A stretch of 64,000 nucleotides of DNA from NCBI RefSeq assembly GCF_009914755.1, contig NC_060944.1, one strand, 5' to 3'. This DNA is from the human T2T-CHM13v2.0 reference genome, Homo sapiens. Positions 25,050 to 38,480 of this stretch are shown here, piece by piece. Position 1 is the first letter of the stretch. The number at the start of each line of letters is the position of its first letter. The translations under genes and the position numbers were made by a program. The notes beneath the pieces are model-generated. The model was not told the DNA's origin. It made no database searches and saw nothing but the letters and a program-made list of their open reading frames with translations.

Positions 25050-25599
25050 ATGTTGGTCCACTTCTTGATCTGCATAGTGAATACATGAGTATTGTCTTTA
25101 CAATAAATCATTAAGTTGTACCTTCAGTTTTTGTGGACTTTTCTGTAAGCATGCCACATATTATAACAAAAAGATTAAAACCATATTATTTTAATGGCTG
25201 CATTTTACTTAATGATTTACCTCATTGATAAATATTTACATTGCCTCCTCTTGTTTTCCCTGCTCAAAATAGTGTTTCAGTAGGCAAATCTTCATATGTA
25301 TTTTTAAACTTCTTTCTTAGAATAGATTCCTGAAAGAGAAAAGACTGGGCCTAACCATATGGAGTTTTAAAGTGTTCTTGATATAGCATTAAAATATTTT
25401 CCAAGAATACTGCACCAGCTGCACTCCCTATAATGTAAAGATTTCTGAATCATTGCACATTCACCAGTATCAAATACTATAGTTTTTTTTAACCTATGCT
25501 TATTTAACTGGAGTGGGGAGATGGTGTTGAGAAACCAATATCGTGCTATTTTAATTTACATTTACTTGATTTCTGCCTAGTAAAATTGTTAAAGTATGC

Positions 25600-25810
25600 T
25601 ACAACATTCAGATTGAAGGATCAAGAGTCAAATTTTTGGTGTTCGAATTCTGGCACTACCGCCCACACACTACTTGGCTTTGTGATGTTACCTAATCTTT
25701 GAGGGTCAAATTCCGTACATGTAATATAGAAAAGGGTGCTGTGATAATTAAATAAATTTTCTCATATAATAAGCATAGCACACTACTTGGCATATTTTAA
25801 GTCCCCTGTA
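25600..25810 (+). mobile_element. MIR SINE
   Basis: gttcgaattctggcactacc...ctacttggctttgtgatgttacctaatcttt...tgtgataattaaata...cttggcata. Confidence 0.6.
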
Positions 25811-25812
25811 AA

Positions 25813-25813
<1 letters not shown>

Positions 25814-25846
<33 letters not shown>

Positions 25847-25850
25847 TGTG
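25814..25850 (+). repeat. (TG)n microsatellite
   Basis: seen directly. Confidence 0.95.
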
Positions 25851-25894
25851 AATAGTGTTGCATGGAGCACTGGAGATATGGGACATTAAGGGTG

Positions 25895-26040
25895 GAAAGA
25901 TGAAGGAGGGAGGGAGAGAAGGATAGAGGATGAAAAGAAGGAAAAGAGATAAGAAGGGAGGGAAAGAGGGGAGGAGAAGAGCAAAGGAAAGAGGTTGGGA
26001 AGGAGAGGAAAGAAAGGAGGAAGGTTTGGAGTGGGGAAAG
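25895..26040 (+). repeat. GA-rich low-complexity tract
   Basis: gaaggaggggagggagagaaggatagaggatgaaaagaagg... Confidence 0.8.
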
Positions 26041-26654
26041 CAGGAGCTGATGGAGGAAGTTCTAAAGGGAGTAATGAATCAAGTGTTGGATGATAAGTTA
26101 AAGGGACTGGTGATCAGAAGCATTCAGTTCTTTATTCCTCCCAGAACAAGAGTTTATTTTTCAAAATTTAAAAACACAATATAGAGATAAACCATACCGG
26201 AAGCAAGTGTCAGTGATCAAGGCTCTGGAGACCCACAGTTCTGGTTCTATCAGTCTTTAGCTACATACTCTGGAACCACAACTCTCCGAACCACAGCAAA
26301 CACCTAATGTTCGCTGCCTGCCTAAGAATTAAATAAGAAGTATATATAAAGCCTGGTTCACAGTATATTTCAGAAAATGAAAAAAGATCTTGTTTGACAA
26401 TCACTACAAAAGTATTAGCAATGGCTTAACGTGTCATTACCTTAAAATTGGTAAATTTTAAATACCAGAATGTGATGAAAGAATTAATCACTTAGGAAAG
26501 GTTCATGGACTATTAGCATGTGAGTGTGCGTATGTGAGTGTGTGTTTGCCCATTCAGGGTAGAATCTGGAACGAAAATGTGGATAGCACAAATAAAGAAG
26601 AGATATTGAGAAAGTGTTCTTTGACCCATTTCCTTGAGCTATCAGGAAAATCAC

Positions 26655-26664
26655 GGAAATCCCC
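26655..26664 (-). promoter_or_regulatory. Consensus NF-kB (kB) motif GGGGATTTCC; motif only, function untested
   Basis: GGAAATCCCC on + strand fits GGGRNWYYCC on - strand. Confidence 0.35.
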
Positions 26665-27376
26665 GGTGTTGTTTGGCAGTTGAGTGGAACAAGGAAGGCA
26701 CGGTGGCAGCCCTTGGCTGAGAATAAGAGAATCTTTACCTCCGTCATCACACCCAGAAAGACTTGGACTTACTGAAGCCAAGAGAGGCAAGTTAACAATG
26801 TTAGACCAAAGAGGCCGGGAACATGGGGTCTGAAACATCATGAGCTACACGGGACACATTTTATCAGGTAATCACATGTAAGTATCATGCACAATATGAC
26901 CATTTCATTCTGTAACGTCAATTCCAATTCATAGCATGGGTATGCCTTGCTATTTTTCAGTGGTATTCCAAATATGCTCAAGAATAGCCGACTTTAAAAA
27001 AATATGAATAGAGGACCAAAAATACAAAGACAAAAAAACCAGTGTGTGAGTATCTGCAGGGATTTTACTTCATGGTGTTAATGATGTGAGATGAACTATT
27101 GGATGACTCAGTCAAGCTTGTCAGCCTAACTGCCATTCCTACAGGTTCTATTATTGTGTTCTCAAATCTCAACAAGCCTAGTAGAAAAGAAAAGACTCTA
27201 GGAATCAGGTTACATAAAGGGAAAAAAAAAACAGTGTGCTCTCTGGGAGCTGCAACCTAGTTAATGTATAAATAATGGCAAATTTATATTATAAAATATG
27301 TATTAAACATAGAGGATGACTGTCAGGTAAGGCTGTGGCCCTAGTAGATGAATCTCTTTCTCATACTCATGAAACC

Positions 27377-28133
27377 CTTCAAAACAATTGATGGATATGG
27401 GATCTGCTGAAAATCCTTCCACTTTTTGGACTAAGAATATCAGACTCAAATACTCAAATATTTTCCCGCATGAGAGAAATACTTCTCTAAGCTGTAACAC
27501 GACAGCCCCTTCTAAACCTAGAAAGCTGATTACTAAGCTATCTGTGTTTGAACCAGCTCCCACAAATGTTGCTTATGAAATAACTTTATCTAGTTGAACT
27601 GATAACAATAGCTTTTGAAATTATAATATAACAATAAGAAAAACAAATCAAAAGTAATTCATTAGTCCCTAAAAAGGGCATTTCCTTGTAATGGTAGTAT
27701 GTCATTTGGTTCTAGATTGCAATGGTAACATTCCCTTGAGGTAGAAGAGCTTTTATCTAATAATCTACAATTTCTATATGAGTCTTTTTTATCTGGAGCA
27801 GTAGTGAATGGTCTTAAAGGAGCCCAGACTTTATTTTGTGTATATCTTCTGGCACATATCACAGTTAATGGAGCTCTTTAAGATTTTCTCTAATGATGTT
27901 AATCAACACATTTTATAGTCCTAATCTGTAATTTAAATGGGAATCTAAGAATAAGATAGCATTTGGCTCAGAAGTAAAATGTGGGAACACCCTGGGCACA
28001 CTGATTTATTTTGGTAAACAGAGCTGGCAAAGTTGATTTTAAGGCAAGAAGGCATATTTGATGAGAACAAGATGATAGGAGATTCTTCAAAACAATTGAT
28101 GGATTTGGGATCTGCTGAAAATCCTTCCACTTT
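27377..28133 (+). repeat. Dispersed 49-bp direct repeat (copies 27377-27425 and 28085-28133)
   Basis: CTTCAAAACAATTGATGGAT(A/T)TGGGATCTGCTGAAAATCCTTCCACTTT, 48/49 identical. Confidence 0.95.
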
Positions 28134-28190
28134 GTCTAATGTCTGATGATCAAATATCTTTGTACTGTGACCAGAGGGACATAATGAGTT

Positions 28191-28193
<3 letters not shown>

Positions 28194-28236
<43 letters not shown>

Positions 28237-28243
28237 AAAAAAA
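28194..28243 (+). repeat. (CA)n followed by poly-A
   Basis: seen directly. Confidence 0.95.
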
Positions 28244-28579
28244 CGAACCAACCAGACAGAAGTTTACACCTGGGAAATTAAATTATCTGAATGGGGATCC
28301 TACAAGAAATATTCTCTAACTCCTGGATTCTGTCATAAGTGTCCTCTACAAAGTACTGAGATCATTTGTGTCTTGGCCTTCCCATGAACAGGATTGTGTT
28401 CTAAGTTGTATTGCTATTTTTCACAGAAAAATAAGTGGACAGTAAGGGAACAAATGGCTAATTGACTGGTTCCATCTCATTGGAGAAGGAGGAACACTGT
28501 CTAAATTGAAAGCAAATTTAATTTTTCCCTAAGTCATGTTTCTTGATGTCTCTGCAACATATAATGCACTTGACCATTC

Positions 28580-29040
28580 TTGTTTTAAAGCAAAAACAGC
28601 TTTGTTACGTTTTTGTTACTTAGCAAATTTGTAGTGATTTTAGAAAATTCACACAATATGGGAAAAAAATAAAAAAGAAAGTGAGAACCATCAAAATTCC
28701 TCTAATCATCATCCCTTTGACCCCTAAATAGCTAGGTCACCATTTTCAACATTGTAAAGATCATCTTCCTAGATATTTTTCTATTCCTTAAAGAAAGAAC
28801 ATCTATATGATTTACATAGATGGTATTATTTAAAAAGTGAGATGATGTGTCTCTTGCTCTCACTTATCAGCATGCCAAGTGCCCGATCTGGTTCAATAAT
28901 ACAGACATGCCTCATCTTTTTTATTAGGGCGATGTAATACTCCTTTGAATGTATGAGTCACATTTTATTTTACCAGTCTTCTAGCTGACAGACACTTAGC
29001 TTGTGTCCAATTTCTTATTATAGTAAACTACACTGCCATG
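28580..29040 (-). mobile_element. L1ME-type fragment (very old)
   Basis: cctcatcttttttattaggg...tgtaatactcc...ctgacagacacttagcttgtgtccaatttctt. Confidence 0.55.
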
Positions 29041-29169
29041 AAAGTCCCAACTCTGTAACAGACACCTGGAGTGCCTTCCACCTCACTGGTAGTGTCCAGA
29101 TTCTTGGACTTTTTTGGCCACTTTATCCTACACCATTTAAAAATGCTTCTTGCACCTCCTCTCTGAGAA

Positions 29170-29395
29170 AATACAAGCTCTGGAGCCAGACTGCCTAGAT
29201 TTAATCTTATGATGTCTCTGTTACTATGGGCATTATTCTTTTACCTCTCTTGTGCCACAGCCTCCCGGCTATAAAATAAAAACAGACAACAATATGCATA
29301 TCCTAGTTATAATATGGATAATAATAATAATATCAAATGAAATTATCCGTGTATAATGTTTGGCATGTATGTGTTCAATGTATTTCAACTATGGC
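29170..29395 (+). mobile_element. MIR SINE
   Basis: gctctggagccagactgcctagatttaatc...acctctcttgtgccacagc. Confidence 0.7.
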
Positions 29396-32149
29396 CATTA
29401 TTGTGATGTTCTCATTCATCTCTCTCAGAAAACCATTTCCCGTGTATTCCTGATCTTTCCTACTCAAGATTTCTAAATTATGTCTTTTGCCCACAAGTGT
29501 TCATTGCATGTTCTCAAATTTCTGGAAGACATTTATGCTGGATGTTCTAACACCACATAAATTTTATACAGATCAAAATGGCTACCAAATGACCTTAATA
29601 CAATCCTCAGTGTCATATGTTATGGTTTCTCTTGTCTACTATATGCCCAGTCAGTCACAAATTCATGCTGAGTTTTCTCATTTCCTCAATGTGTTCCAAA
29701 CCTATCTCTTTCCATCACCCTATTTCCAGCTTAGGTCAGACACTGCTGGGCTCATACTCAGATGATGGAATTATTAACACCTTTACGGAGACAATGCTTT
29801 CCATAAATGACATATCAGGAGGAAATCCAATATATTTGACAAGTGAAATCATCACTGCTGCTGTTATTGAGACAGGATTTAGGGCTTGGAACTCCACCTC
29901 TCTTCCTTCATCTTCCCCAAATGCCCCCTTAAGTAACTGAACCCCAATTATTCCTCCGGAAAGAGGAATTTCCCTTCAAGCTTCCACTTGCTTTTTCTCC
30001 AAGCTCTCCTGCACATGGGAGACAACATAATCAAACTAATGATACAACTGTGGTCACATTTCTCCCATGACCCAATCTATGCATAGTTGCATTCAAATTC
30101 CATCACTGACATTCAGTTCCTTCTCAAAAACTCCAAATTTAGCCCCAAGAAGTATTTTTGACTTTATAAATAAATCTATTCCAAAGTGGCCCAATAAGAA
30201 TCTACATCATCATCTTGTTGTTACACATCTTGGTGTGGGGTTCATGCCCTCAAAGGCTGGCTTCCTTCCACCCACATGCTCTGACATCTCCACAAGCCCT
30301 CAAGGGCTTATTTAAATTCTGTCTCTGTGGTTTCACAAACATTATGGGACTCCCCTCTTAGATTTGAGCTCCCTTTTCTCTGATCTGCAGAAGTATCACA
30401 TATTTCTGAATATCATTTTGTACTGAGAATGTGTCATGTTTTCTAAAACTTAAATTAATTTTTCAATGCCTTAGAGTGCCTCATACATGCTTAAAGTTCA
30501 GTCATAGACGCTGGTATCCCTGGATACAGTGTGCTCCAACAAGGCAAATTTTAAGATGCTGTGAAGGATTGGAAGGCTGTGAGTATCACCCTTCAGTCAT
30601 TTACTTTTCATTTGTAACCAATGATGTTTCTTTTGGGGTATATTTGTATTCACTCTCACATCTTTTACGATTACAACTGTGGTTATTCTTCTGTAAAAAT
30701 AAAACTTTGGTTTTTCTTTATTGAAAAAGGTAATATATGTATATATTAAAAACACAAATCATCTCCCAAAGTTATACAGTAGAAATAAGCATCCTTCTCC
30801 CTCCAAATCCCTCATCTCCTAGTTCTACTTCAAGGCCAGCATTGTTACAAATGTCTTAGTGATTATCTTGTAATCATAATTTGGCCCTGGACTTAACGCT
30901 GCCATTTCACCACAAAATTACGTTTTATTTCTCTCTGTGTCTGAAACAGTCAAGCAGACTTTGCAATCTCCTTCCTATCCTCAAGGATTACTGGCATCCT
31001 AGAAAACCTCCCAAGGCCCCACCCCTCTATGCTCTGGCTCAAAGCATCCCTTCAGTTTTAAACATTTGATAATGAGCTCACTGACCTTTTATTTAGACTA
31101 ACTCTTCCTCTATTCCCACTTGGATAACTCAAATCAGACCCCTACAGCATCCAGTCTCCAAATTCCTGGAAGAGAACTACCAAGAGTAGAGTACTAATGT
31201 GGAACTTGGGCAACCAAAAAGAGTAAAGCCCATTAAATTAGCTTATCCATGAAAAAAAAAAAAAGTTGCTTATACTGAATTTGAAAATAAAGAAATATGA
31301 ATAAATCTTGTTTGATGTGTTTGGATATAATTTAGAAGGTAAGAGAAAGAGCAGAGGGAATGGGGCAAATGAAAAACAGGGTTTGGGCAGGGTTACATTA
31401 AAGTGATTTCATTGATGAGATTTAAAAACTTAAAGTAATAATTAATTACTTTTATTTATTTTATTTTAGCATTTTATAAATAAATACAATTTTTATTTAT
31501 AAATAAATAAAAATAAATATTTATTTAAAGTATTGAGTTAAAATTTAAGGTAAATTTTATTGATGAGAAATTCTGACTGAGGCAGGATCTCTGGACTAGA
31601 TTCAGAACAAACATAATAAAATTCTCCACAGCTTGTGTGGATGCACACACCTACCTCTTCCCACACATGCCAACCAAAGAGATTCCATGACCAATTTCTG
31701 AAAAAACTTACATCTCAGGCCACACATGTTCTCTGCTGGGTATATTAATGGAAAGGCTGAATTCACAAACATCTATTTTCCAGAACTACTATTATACAAG
31801 CTGGGCTCTAATCACAGTCTGGGCCAAATTACTCTGCTCTGGTTTTAGAAGAATTCAGTTGGCGAGAAACAGTTGACTTGAAAACAGTCATTAGCTGAGT
31901 TCCTGACAACTTTATTGAATCAGAAAATTTATTTTTTTCAATACATTTGAACATGTCATGGATGCTTTTATGTAACACAAAGAGGTAGAATTAGACAATC
32001 CCTAAGATTTCTGCAAATTCTAAAATATTGTTATTAATATTACATCAAGTGACTGGGCAATATTCATACTCCTTAATGGGTATTCACCCTACTGAGTTTA
32101 CAATTCAAATTATGGAAGTTTAAGAAGGATTCAATTCTGAGATTTGGAA

Positions 32150-32360
32150 GCAGCTATAAGATTGTTGAAAGTGTATTTGCTAAAGCAACATAGTTTAGTT
32201 TAGTATCCCTGCCTCCTACCAGCTAGGATTCAGGACAAGTTCCTTAAACCCTCTGAGTTTTTGTTTCTTGTCCTACAAACCTGAGATAATAATGACTTGC
32301 TTCACAGGGATGTGTGGAGATAAAATGAGATAACATGTGTTAAACAGCTGGCAGGTAATC
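32150..32360 (+). mobile_element. MIR SINE
   Basis: ggacaagttccttaaaccctctgagtttttgtttc...gataataatgacttgcttcacagggatgtgtggagataaaatgagataacatgtgt. Confidence 0.7.
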
Positions 32361-34001
32361 AAGAAAACTTAACTCCCTTCCCCCACTCTCAATGAAGAGC
32401 AATTTCAAGATGGGAATCACTAGCATTTTTCCTGGGATGTGATTTTACCAGCCCTAGGGATAGAAGGTTAGGTCAAGAGCCTTTAGAGAGTAAAAAACAC
32501 CCACGCAGTGAGAATATGCATTCCAGGCATTTAGGCAGCTTCACCTCTCACAGGGCCTTGAGAACAGGGCTTAGGAAGAAATCTCTGAGACTTTTGGTCT
32601 CCTGTTGTATGGTGCAAAGAAATGAGATTGTAGAGTTAGATTACGTATTAGCACAGTGCGTTTGAGACAAAAGCTGAAGTGGATGAAAAGAACCACATAG
32701 AAATAGCTGTATATTACACTGGCTCATATGTTCCTGTCAAGTAGAAAGTAGATGCCAGAAAGTCCTTTTAGCAATTGAAGAGCCAACAATATATGCAAAA
32801 AAAAAAAAATGGCCCAGGACAAAAAGAAAGGTTTTATATACTTTTGCATTTCGGTAAAACACAGGTAAGCATGTGCTGAGAGTTTGTGGTGGTTTGGAAT
32901 CATTTTTATTCTGTGGATGACTTCAGAATGACAACTTTGATAGATTCATTCTTGCCAACAGAGTATATATAAATTCACTCTATGAATGAAAGGAGAGAAT
33001 GGGAGTGTTTTCATGATCCATCTTAAGACTTTAATTGGCCAGGAACCCATCAATGTGCTAAGGCATGCATGCTATCTTAGAATTAATAGAACAAGAATGC
33101 TACAGCCTAAGAGATCTTCCTGAAAGAATAGGAGAAACCTCTGATTGCCCCCAAGTTCTCTGTTCAAGTGTATTTTAGAACTCATACTGAACTTATATTT
33201 ACTCCTATTCTGATGAAATGTACTAAGACGGTATGTAATTGTATACATGATATAACCCAACTAAAAGCAGGGGTGTTGGGAAAGAATATGCAGTACTGAT
33301 CCTTATTGAACACCTACTAAACTACAGGCAATTTGAATGTATTGTTTAGATTTTTCAAAGATTTCCAATGAAAGGGTTATAATACTAATTTTTCAAAAGA
33401 GGACAATTACATCTCATCTGATGCTGGTCAAAGGTAAACCAAAAATAGCCTTTGCTGTGAGAAGAATCATCTGACCTCCTGTCTCCTAAACTCCTAATGT
33501 TGTTCATTGAAAAGTAGCTTGCATGAAAGTGACCTTCTTTTTTCAAAAGGCTTTTTTTCCTCATCCCAGTGAACCCTGGTAGTATTCTGAGTGTAGAAAA
33601 TAAAACAACAACAAAATGAGCTGAGACATTCAATTTCTCTTCCAAATCAATTCCTGCTTGCTAGGGCTTGAATGGAAACATGCTTTTTTTTTTTTTTGCA
33701 TCATTGAATGAAGCTATTTGTTAAGATGTGTTTATTAGACTTACATAAGAGTTCTTGCCCAAAGAACTCACACTCAGTTTAAGGGGGAACAATCTTTATG
33801 ATCTCTGGCTCTTTCATTTTAACATTACAGTGAAAGGCTCATCAACATGTCTACTTTTTAATTTCCACAGATGAAGAAGCAACAGAATAGAAGGAGGTGT
33901 TTAAAAATCATATACTCTATTTTTTTTTTTTCAAATCACAGGTCTATGTCAAGGTATACTTTTCACAAACTTAAGGATACTTATCTGATACAAATAGTGA
34001 G

Positions 34002-34354
<353 letters not shown>

Positions 34355-34609
34355 TCAAAAATTTATTTAATTTACTAATAAAGGAATCAGCAAGGTGGTA
34401 AAGTGGTTGAAAGAGAATTTAAGAGACTAAACATATATATAGGCACTAAAATGGTTCTGGGATAAAAATGCTAGCTTTGATTCAACCCTGGTTAATGTTC
34501 CACAGGCAAAAAGACTGAAACTTTTGGAGTTATTTTTTTTTTAACCATACAAATCCTATACAGGTGTCTTTGAGACTGGTCCATAGTCAGTAGCAAATAC
34601 TAACTCAGG

Positions 34610-34828
34610 CAGAGGACATCAAAGCTTTTCCATAAAGAACCAGATAGTAAATATCTAAGACTTGGTGGGCTATATGGTCTCTGTTGCAACCACTCAAGTG
34701 TACCATTGCAGCACAAAAGTGGCCATAGAAAATACATAAATGAATGTGGCTGTGTTCCAATAAAATTTTGTTTACAAAACATGTTAAAGGTCAGATTTGG
34801 CTAGTGTGTCACAGTTTGCCAAAACCCG
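34610..34828. mobile_element. MER58A hAT-Charlie DNA transposon
   Basis: ccagatagtaaatat...atggtctctgttgcaaccactcaa...gtggctgtgttccaataaaattttgtttacaaaa...cagtttgcc. Confidence 0.85.
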
Positions 34829-35669
34829 CCTTAGAAAATTAAATAATCTTGGGAGGGCCTATTAGACAAGGTTCAGGTAGTGCTTTGAAAAGGTACATCG
34901 ACTATTTGCATTATATCTTAGTATTGAATCATTTTTCTCAGATCATGTATAGTTCATGAGATCTTATCCAAGCTACTCATACTTCAGTTTCCTCACTTGC
35001 TGAATAGGGATAATTTTTAGAGATCTTTGGAGTATTGTAAGCATTCAGTTGGTTAGTATTCAAAAAATGTTTATTCTTTCCAACTTTCATTGTATTCTTA
35101 TTCTCATTCAAAAAGGTGAGAGATGATCTCACACTGTCTGTAACAAAATCTGCTTGAGAAAATAAAGCTGCTTGCCTAAGTTGGAGGCAGAGATCGACTG
35201 ACTTAAACAGCAGGAGGTTCAAGGAGAAAAGAACAATTGCCCACGTTTTTTTCTTAGTGTAACAAAAGTCCTGCTGCGATGTCCGATCTGGTCTGGGGCT
35301 TCTCTGGCACAGCCAAGACAAGCATGGAATGAGCTATGTCTTTATTTCATTTGCCAGATGTGACTTGAACTATAAGAACATCTCTGGAGACTGAAAAGGC
35401 TCAGTGATTTTTACAAACAAGTGGCTGAGGCCACTAGCCCACTTTATTTCCCCAACTGTGTGATGTTCACCTGTCAGTGTAAGCTTGAGCTGTAGGCATG
35501 CAAGAAGAGGTCATGCTAATGGTGATAAAGAAGGCTGAGCTGGGATCTATCCAGGGAAGATAATAAAACCCAATGAGCTTATTGGGAGAAAAATATTTAC
35601 TTAGGAAGATTTTATCACACAATGTCCTGGGAGAAGAATTTAACCAGAAACACAAATGCCTTAAACTGG

Positions 35670-36060
35670 ATTCTCCAGAATACATCAGGAGTTGTATGTA
35701 GAAGGTTTATTAAGGCATGCTCTTAGAAGGTGAACCTGTAAGGAAGTGAGGAGCAATATTGGGCAAACAGAAAAGCTGACCCCAGTGCCATTATGAAGGG
35801 GGTCTCAGCTGACCCCACAGGGAGCTCGGAACTGGGATGGTCTTTTGAGCTGTCGCAATTGAAACAAGGGGGCCAGACTCCTGTGTTTTTACATTAATCA
35901 GTCGTGTCCACAGCCATCCCCTGGAAGATGGTGTAATGTTGGAAGAGATAGTTCCTTGAAGCCAAGAGAAATTCCAATGAGGGAAGAAATTCTGAGCCAT
36001 CAGTATTCACTGTTTCCATCACCTGGAGAATGGGTATGTTAACCCTGAAGAGCATCTTCT
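35670..36060. mobile_element. MLT1-type LTR
   Basis: gtagaaggtttattaaggcatgctctt...ctcagctgaccccacagggagctcggaactgggatggtc. Confidence 0.6.
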
Positions 36061-36199
36061 ATACCCAATTGGTATAGATAGGGCTTCACATTTCCTCAAC
36101 TGCATTTCAACTATGTAACTATTAATAAAAAGGAAGTGTACTTATTTATGTTCATTGTTGATGCTGATTGCAGATTTCTCTGGCTATGCTCATAGCAGG

Positions 36200-37030
36200 A
36201 CCTGTTAGTTATCTATGGCTATATAATGAATTACCTGAAACTTAATGGCATAAGACAACAAACACTTATTATCTCAGTTTCTCTGAGTCAGGAATCCAGG
36301 CTGTAGCTTAAGCTGAGTGCCTCTGACTCAGGATCTCATGAGGCTGCAATCAAGATATCAGCTGGGGCTGCTGTCATCTCAAGGCTTGACTGGAGAGGAT
36401 CCGCTTCCAAGCTCCCTCATGTGGGTGCTGGTAGGAGGTCTCAGGTCTTCACTGGCTGTTGCTGGGTAAGCAACAATCGCTTGCTTGCCATGTGGCTTCA
36501 TCCACAGGATTGCTAACAGCTTGGCAGCTATCTGCTGCCAGAGTTGGAATCTGAAGAAAGGAAGAAAGGAGGAAGGGGGGAGGGTGACAGGAAGGAAGAG
36601 AGAGAGAGGAGATAGAAAAGAAAGGGAAAGAGGAGAAAGAGAGAGAGAAAAAAAGAGAGAAAAAAGAGAGGGAGAGAAAGAGAGAGAAAAAGGAGAGAGA
36701 GAGAAGAAAGAGAAAGGGGAAAGAGGGAGAAGAATAGAGAGACAAAGAAAGAGAAGAAAAAGAGAGTGGAGAGAAAGAGAGAGAGAGAGACCCTGACATA
36801 GAGAGAGAGAGAGAGAGAGAGAAACAAAACAGAGAGAGAACCTGAGCCCAAGACAGAAGCCAAGGTATTTTTATAACCTAATTGCATAATTGACATCTCA
36901 TCAGGTCTGCTATCTTCTATTCATTATAAGTGAGTTAATAATTCTAGCCTACATTCCAGGAGAGAGTTGTATAGAGCTTGATGACAGTAGGTGAGGACCA
37001 TCTGAGCCATCTTAGATGCTGCCTACCTCA
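36200..37030 (-). mobile_element. MLT1E/F-type LTR with expanded internal GA tract
   Basis: acaacaaacacttattatctcagtttctctgagtcaggaatccagg...gaggctgcaatcaagat...gaggatccgcttccaagctc...gccatcttagatgctgcctacc. Confidence 0.8.
36553..36839 (+). repeat. ~285-bp polypurine (GA-rich) tract
   Basis: almost pure A/G: gaagaaaggaagaaagg...gagagagaaaaaaagagaga... Confidence 0.9.
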
Positions 37031-38224
37031 TAGAAGAATTAAAAATATTTTTGAAGAAAAATTAGTAAGACCATTCTGAAGCACAATCAATCAAATGTAC
37101 CTATTAAAAATTTTTAAAAATCATTGTAGGACACACTGAATTTGGGTTAGGATGATATCCAATGTGTAGACCCTCAGTGAATTAAAATAAAGAAAGAAAC
37201 TGCTAGCCATCTGCATGAGATAAGTACAGAAATTGAAAACAAACCTTAAGAAATTTTATGTTACTTGACATCCAAGTGCATGTTCAATGGATTCATCTCA
37301 TTAACTGGGTACAGAACAAAAATATTGGCTCATAAGGGATTTGGAAAGAAAACTCATTCCTCACCACAGAATCTGAGAAGCCCTGCTACAACGATGTAAC
37401 ACCCTTGCCAGGTGGGCCACTCTAGGGCAGAGGAATAAGCTTAGGTTGTGGCAGATCACTAGACAGAGAGTCAGGAGATTTGGTACTCATTCTGCCTCTG
37501 ATATTTCCTAAGAAGAACTGAATATCACTTAACCCACCTAGATTTGTTTCCTGGACTGCAAACAAATTGTGTTAATTACAAGGTTCCTTTGAAGTCTAAA
37601 GGATATTAATTTGTTAAGCAGTCCCTTCTATAATTAGACAAACTAATGTATTAGCAATTTTCCCCTGTGATTTCTACATCTCCGAATCTGCCATCTGCAG
37701 CTATCTAGACCTCACTCAAATTGACTTACTTCTATAAAATCCTTTCCACCTCATCATGGCTTCTTAAATGGTTCTAGAGACAATTTGGTAGTCTGTACTG
37801 ACTCACAGAGCAGAGAGTGATGGCCATCTTCATAGTAATAATATCAATAATAATTTTTCTCTAAAAATACAGTTTTAATAAAATAACTTTTTTAAAATGA
37901 GCTATTTAAATTTTTTTTACTCAATAGTGCTTCATAAATGTACTGTTTCAGTTTTTAGTTATGTTACTAAACTCCAGAATTTACTAAATTTTATTCAGTA
38001 GAGGTATTTAGAGCTCTTCTGTCGTCCTGTTCCTATTCCTCCTCATAGCAAATGAAGATTGCTCTGGGAAGTGTATGTCCTAAACATCTGTCAGCAAAGA
38101 CTCTTGGGTGATTGGTACAGAAATCATCCTATAGGTCAATGTTCTTAAATGTGGAGTTTTTGTGGCTAGCAGACTCTTCCATGGTCAGTACATGCAGCAT
38201 AATCTAGAGAAGTATAATTATAAT

Positions 38225-38480
38225 AATTGTAATAATAATAGCAGTGATTATCCCTTGATAAAATAGTATGTGCCCAGTGCTGTGCTAAGTATTTTCTGTG
38301 TATCACTTCATTCCTCCTAAAAAGTCACTTAATATCTCTGAAATAGGTACTGGCATCTTCATTTTACAGATAAGAGAGCTGAGGCTTGAAAGATAAATCA
38401 ACTTCACCCAAGGAGAGGTAATTAAGTAATTTCTGGAGCTAAGATTTAAACCCACTGTGGTTGACTCCAGCATACAGTCC
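38225..38480 (-). mobile_element. MIR SINE
   Basis: tatgtgcccagtgctgtgctaagt...cttcattttacagataagagagctgaggcttgaaagataaatcaacttcacccaagg. Confidence 0.75.

Noticed and set aside
27303-28229. Two minus-strand ORFs sharing the peptide KVEGFSADP.SINCFE, suggesting a duplicated exon or CRISPR-like repeat
   Set aside because: Explained by the 49-bp DNA direct repeat. Only two copies with a 659-bp gap, no cas genes, eukaryotic context, no supporting splice structure.
31441-31530. AT-rich palindromic stretch (tttatttataaataaa)
   Set aside because: Short low-complexity (TTTA)/(TAAA) sequence, far smaller than true palindromic AT-rich repeats
36449-36896. 103-122 aa ORFs rich in R/E/K or S/L/F
   Set aside because: Translation of the GA-rich tract; low-complexity artefact
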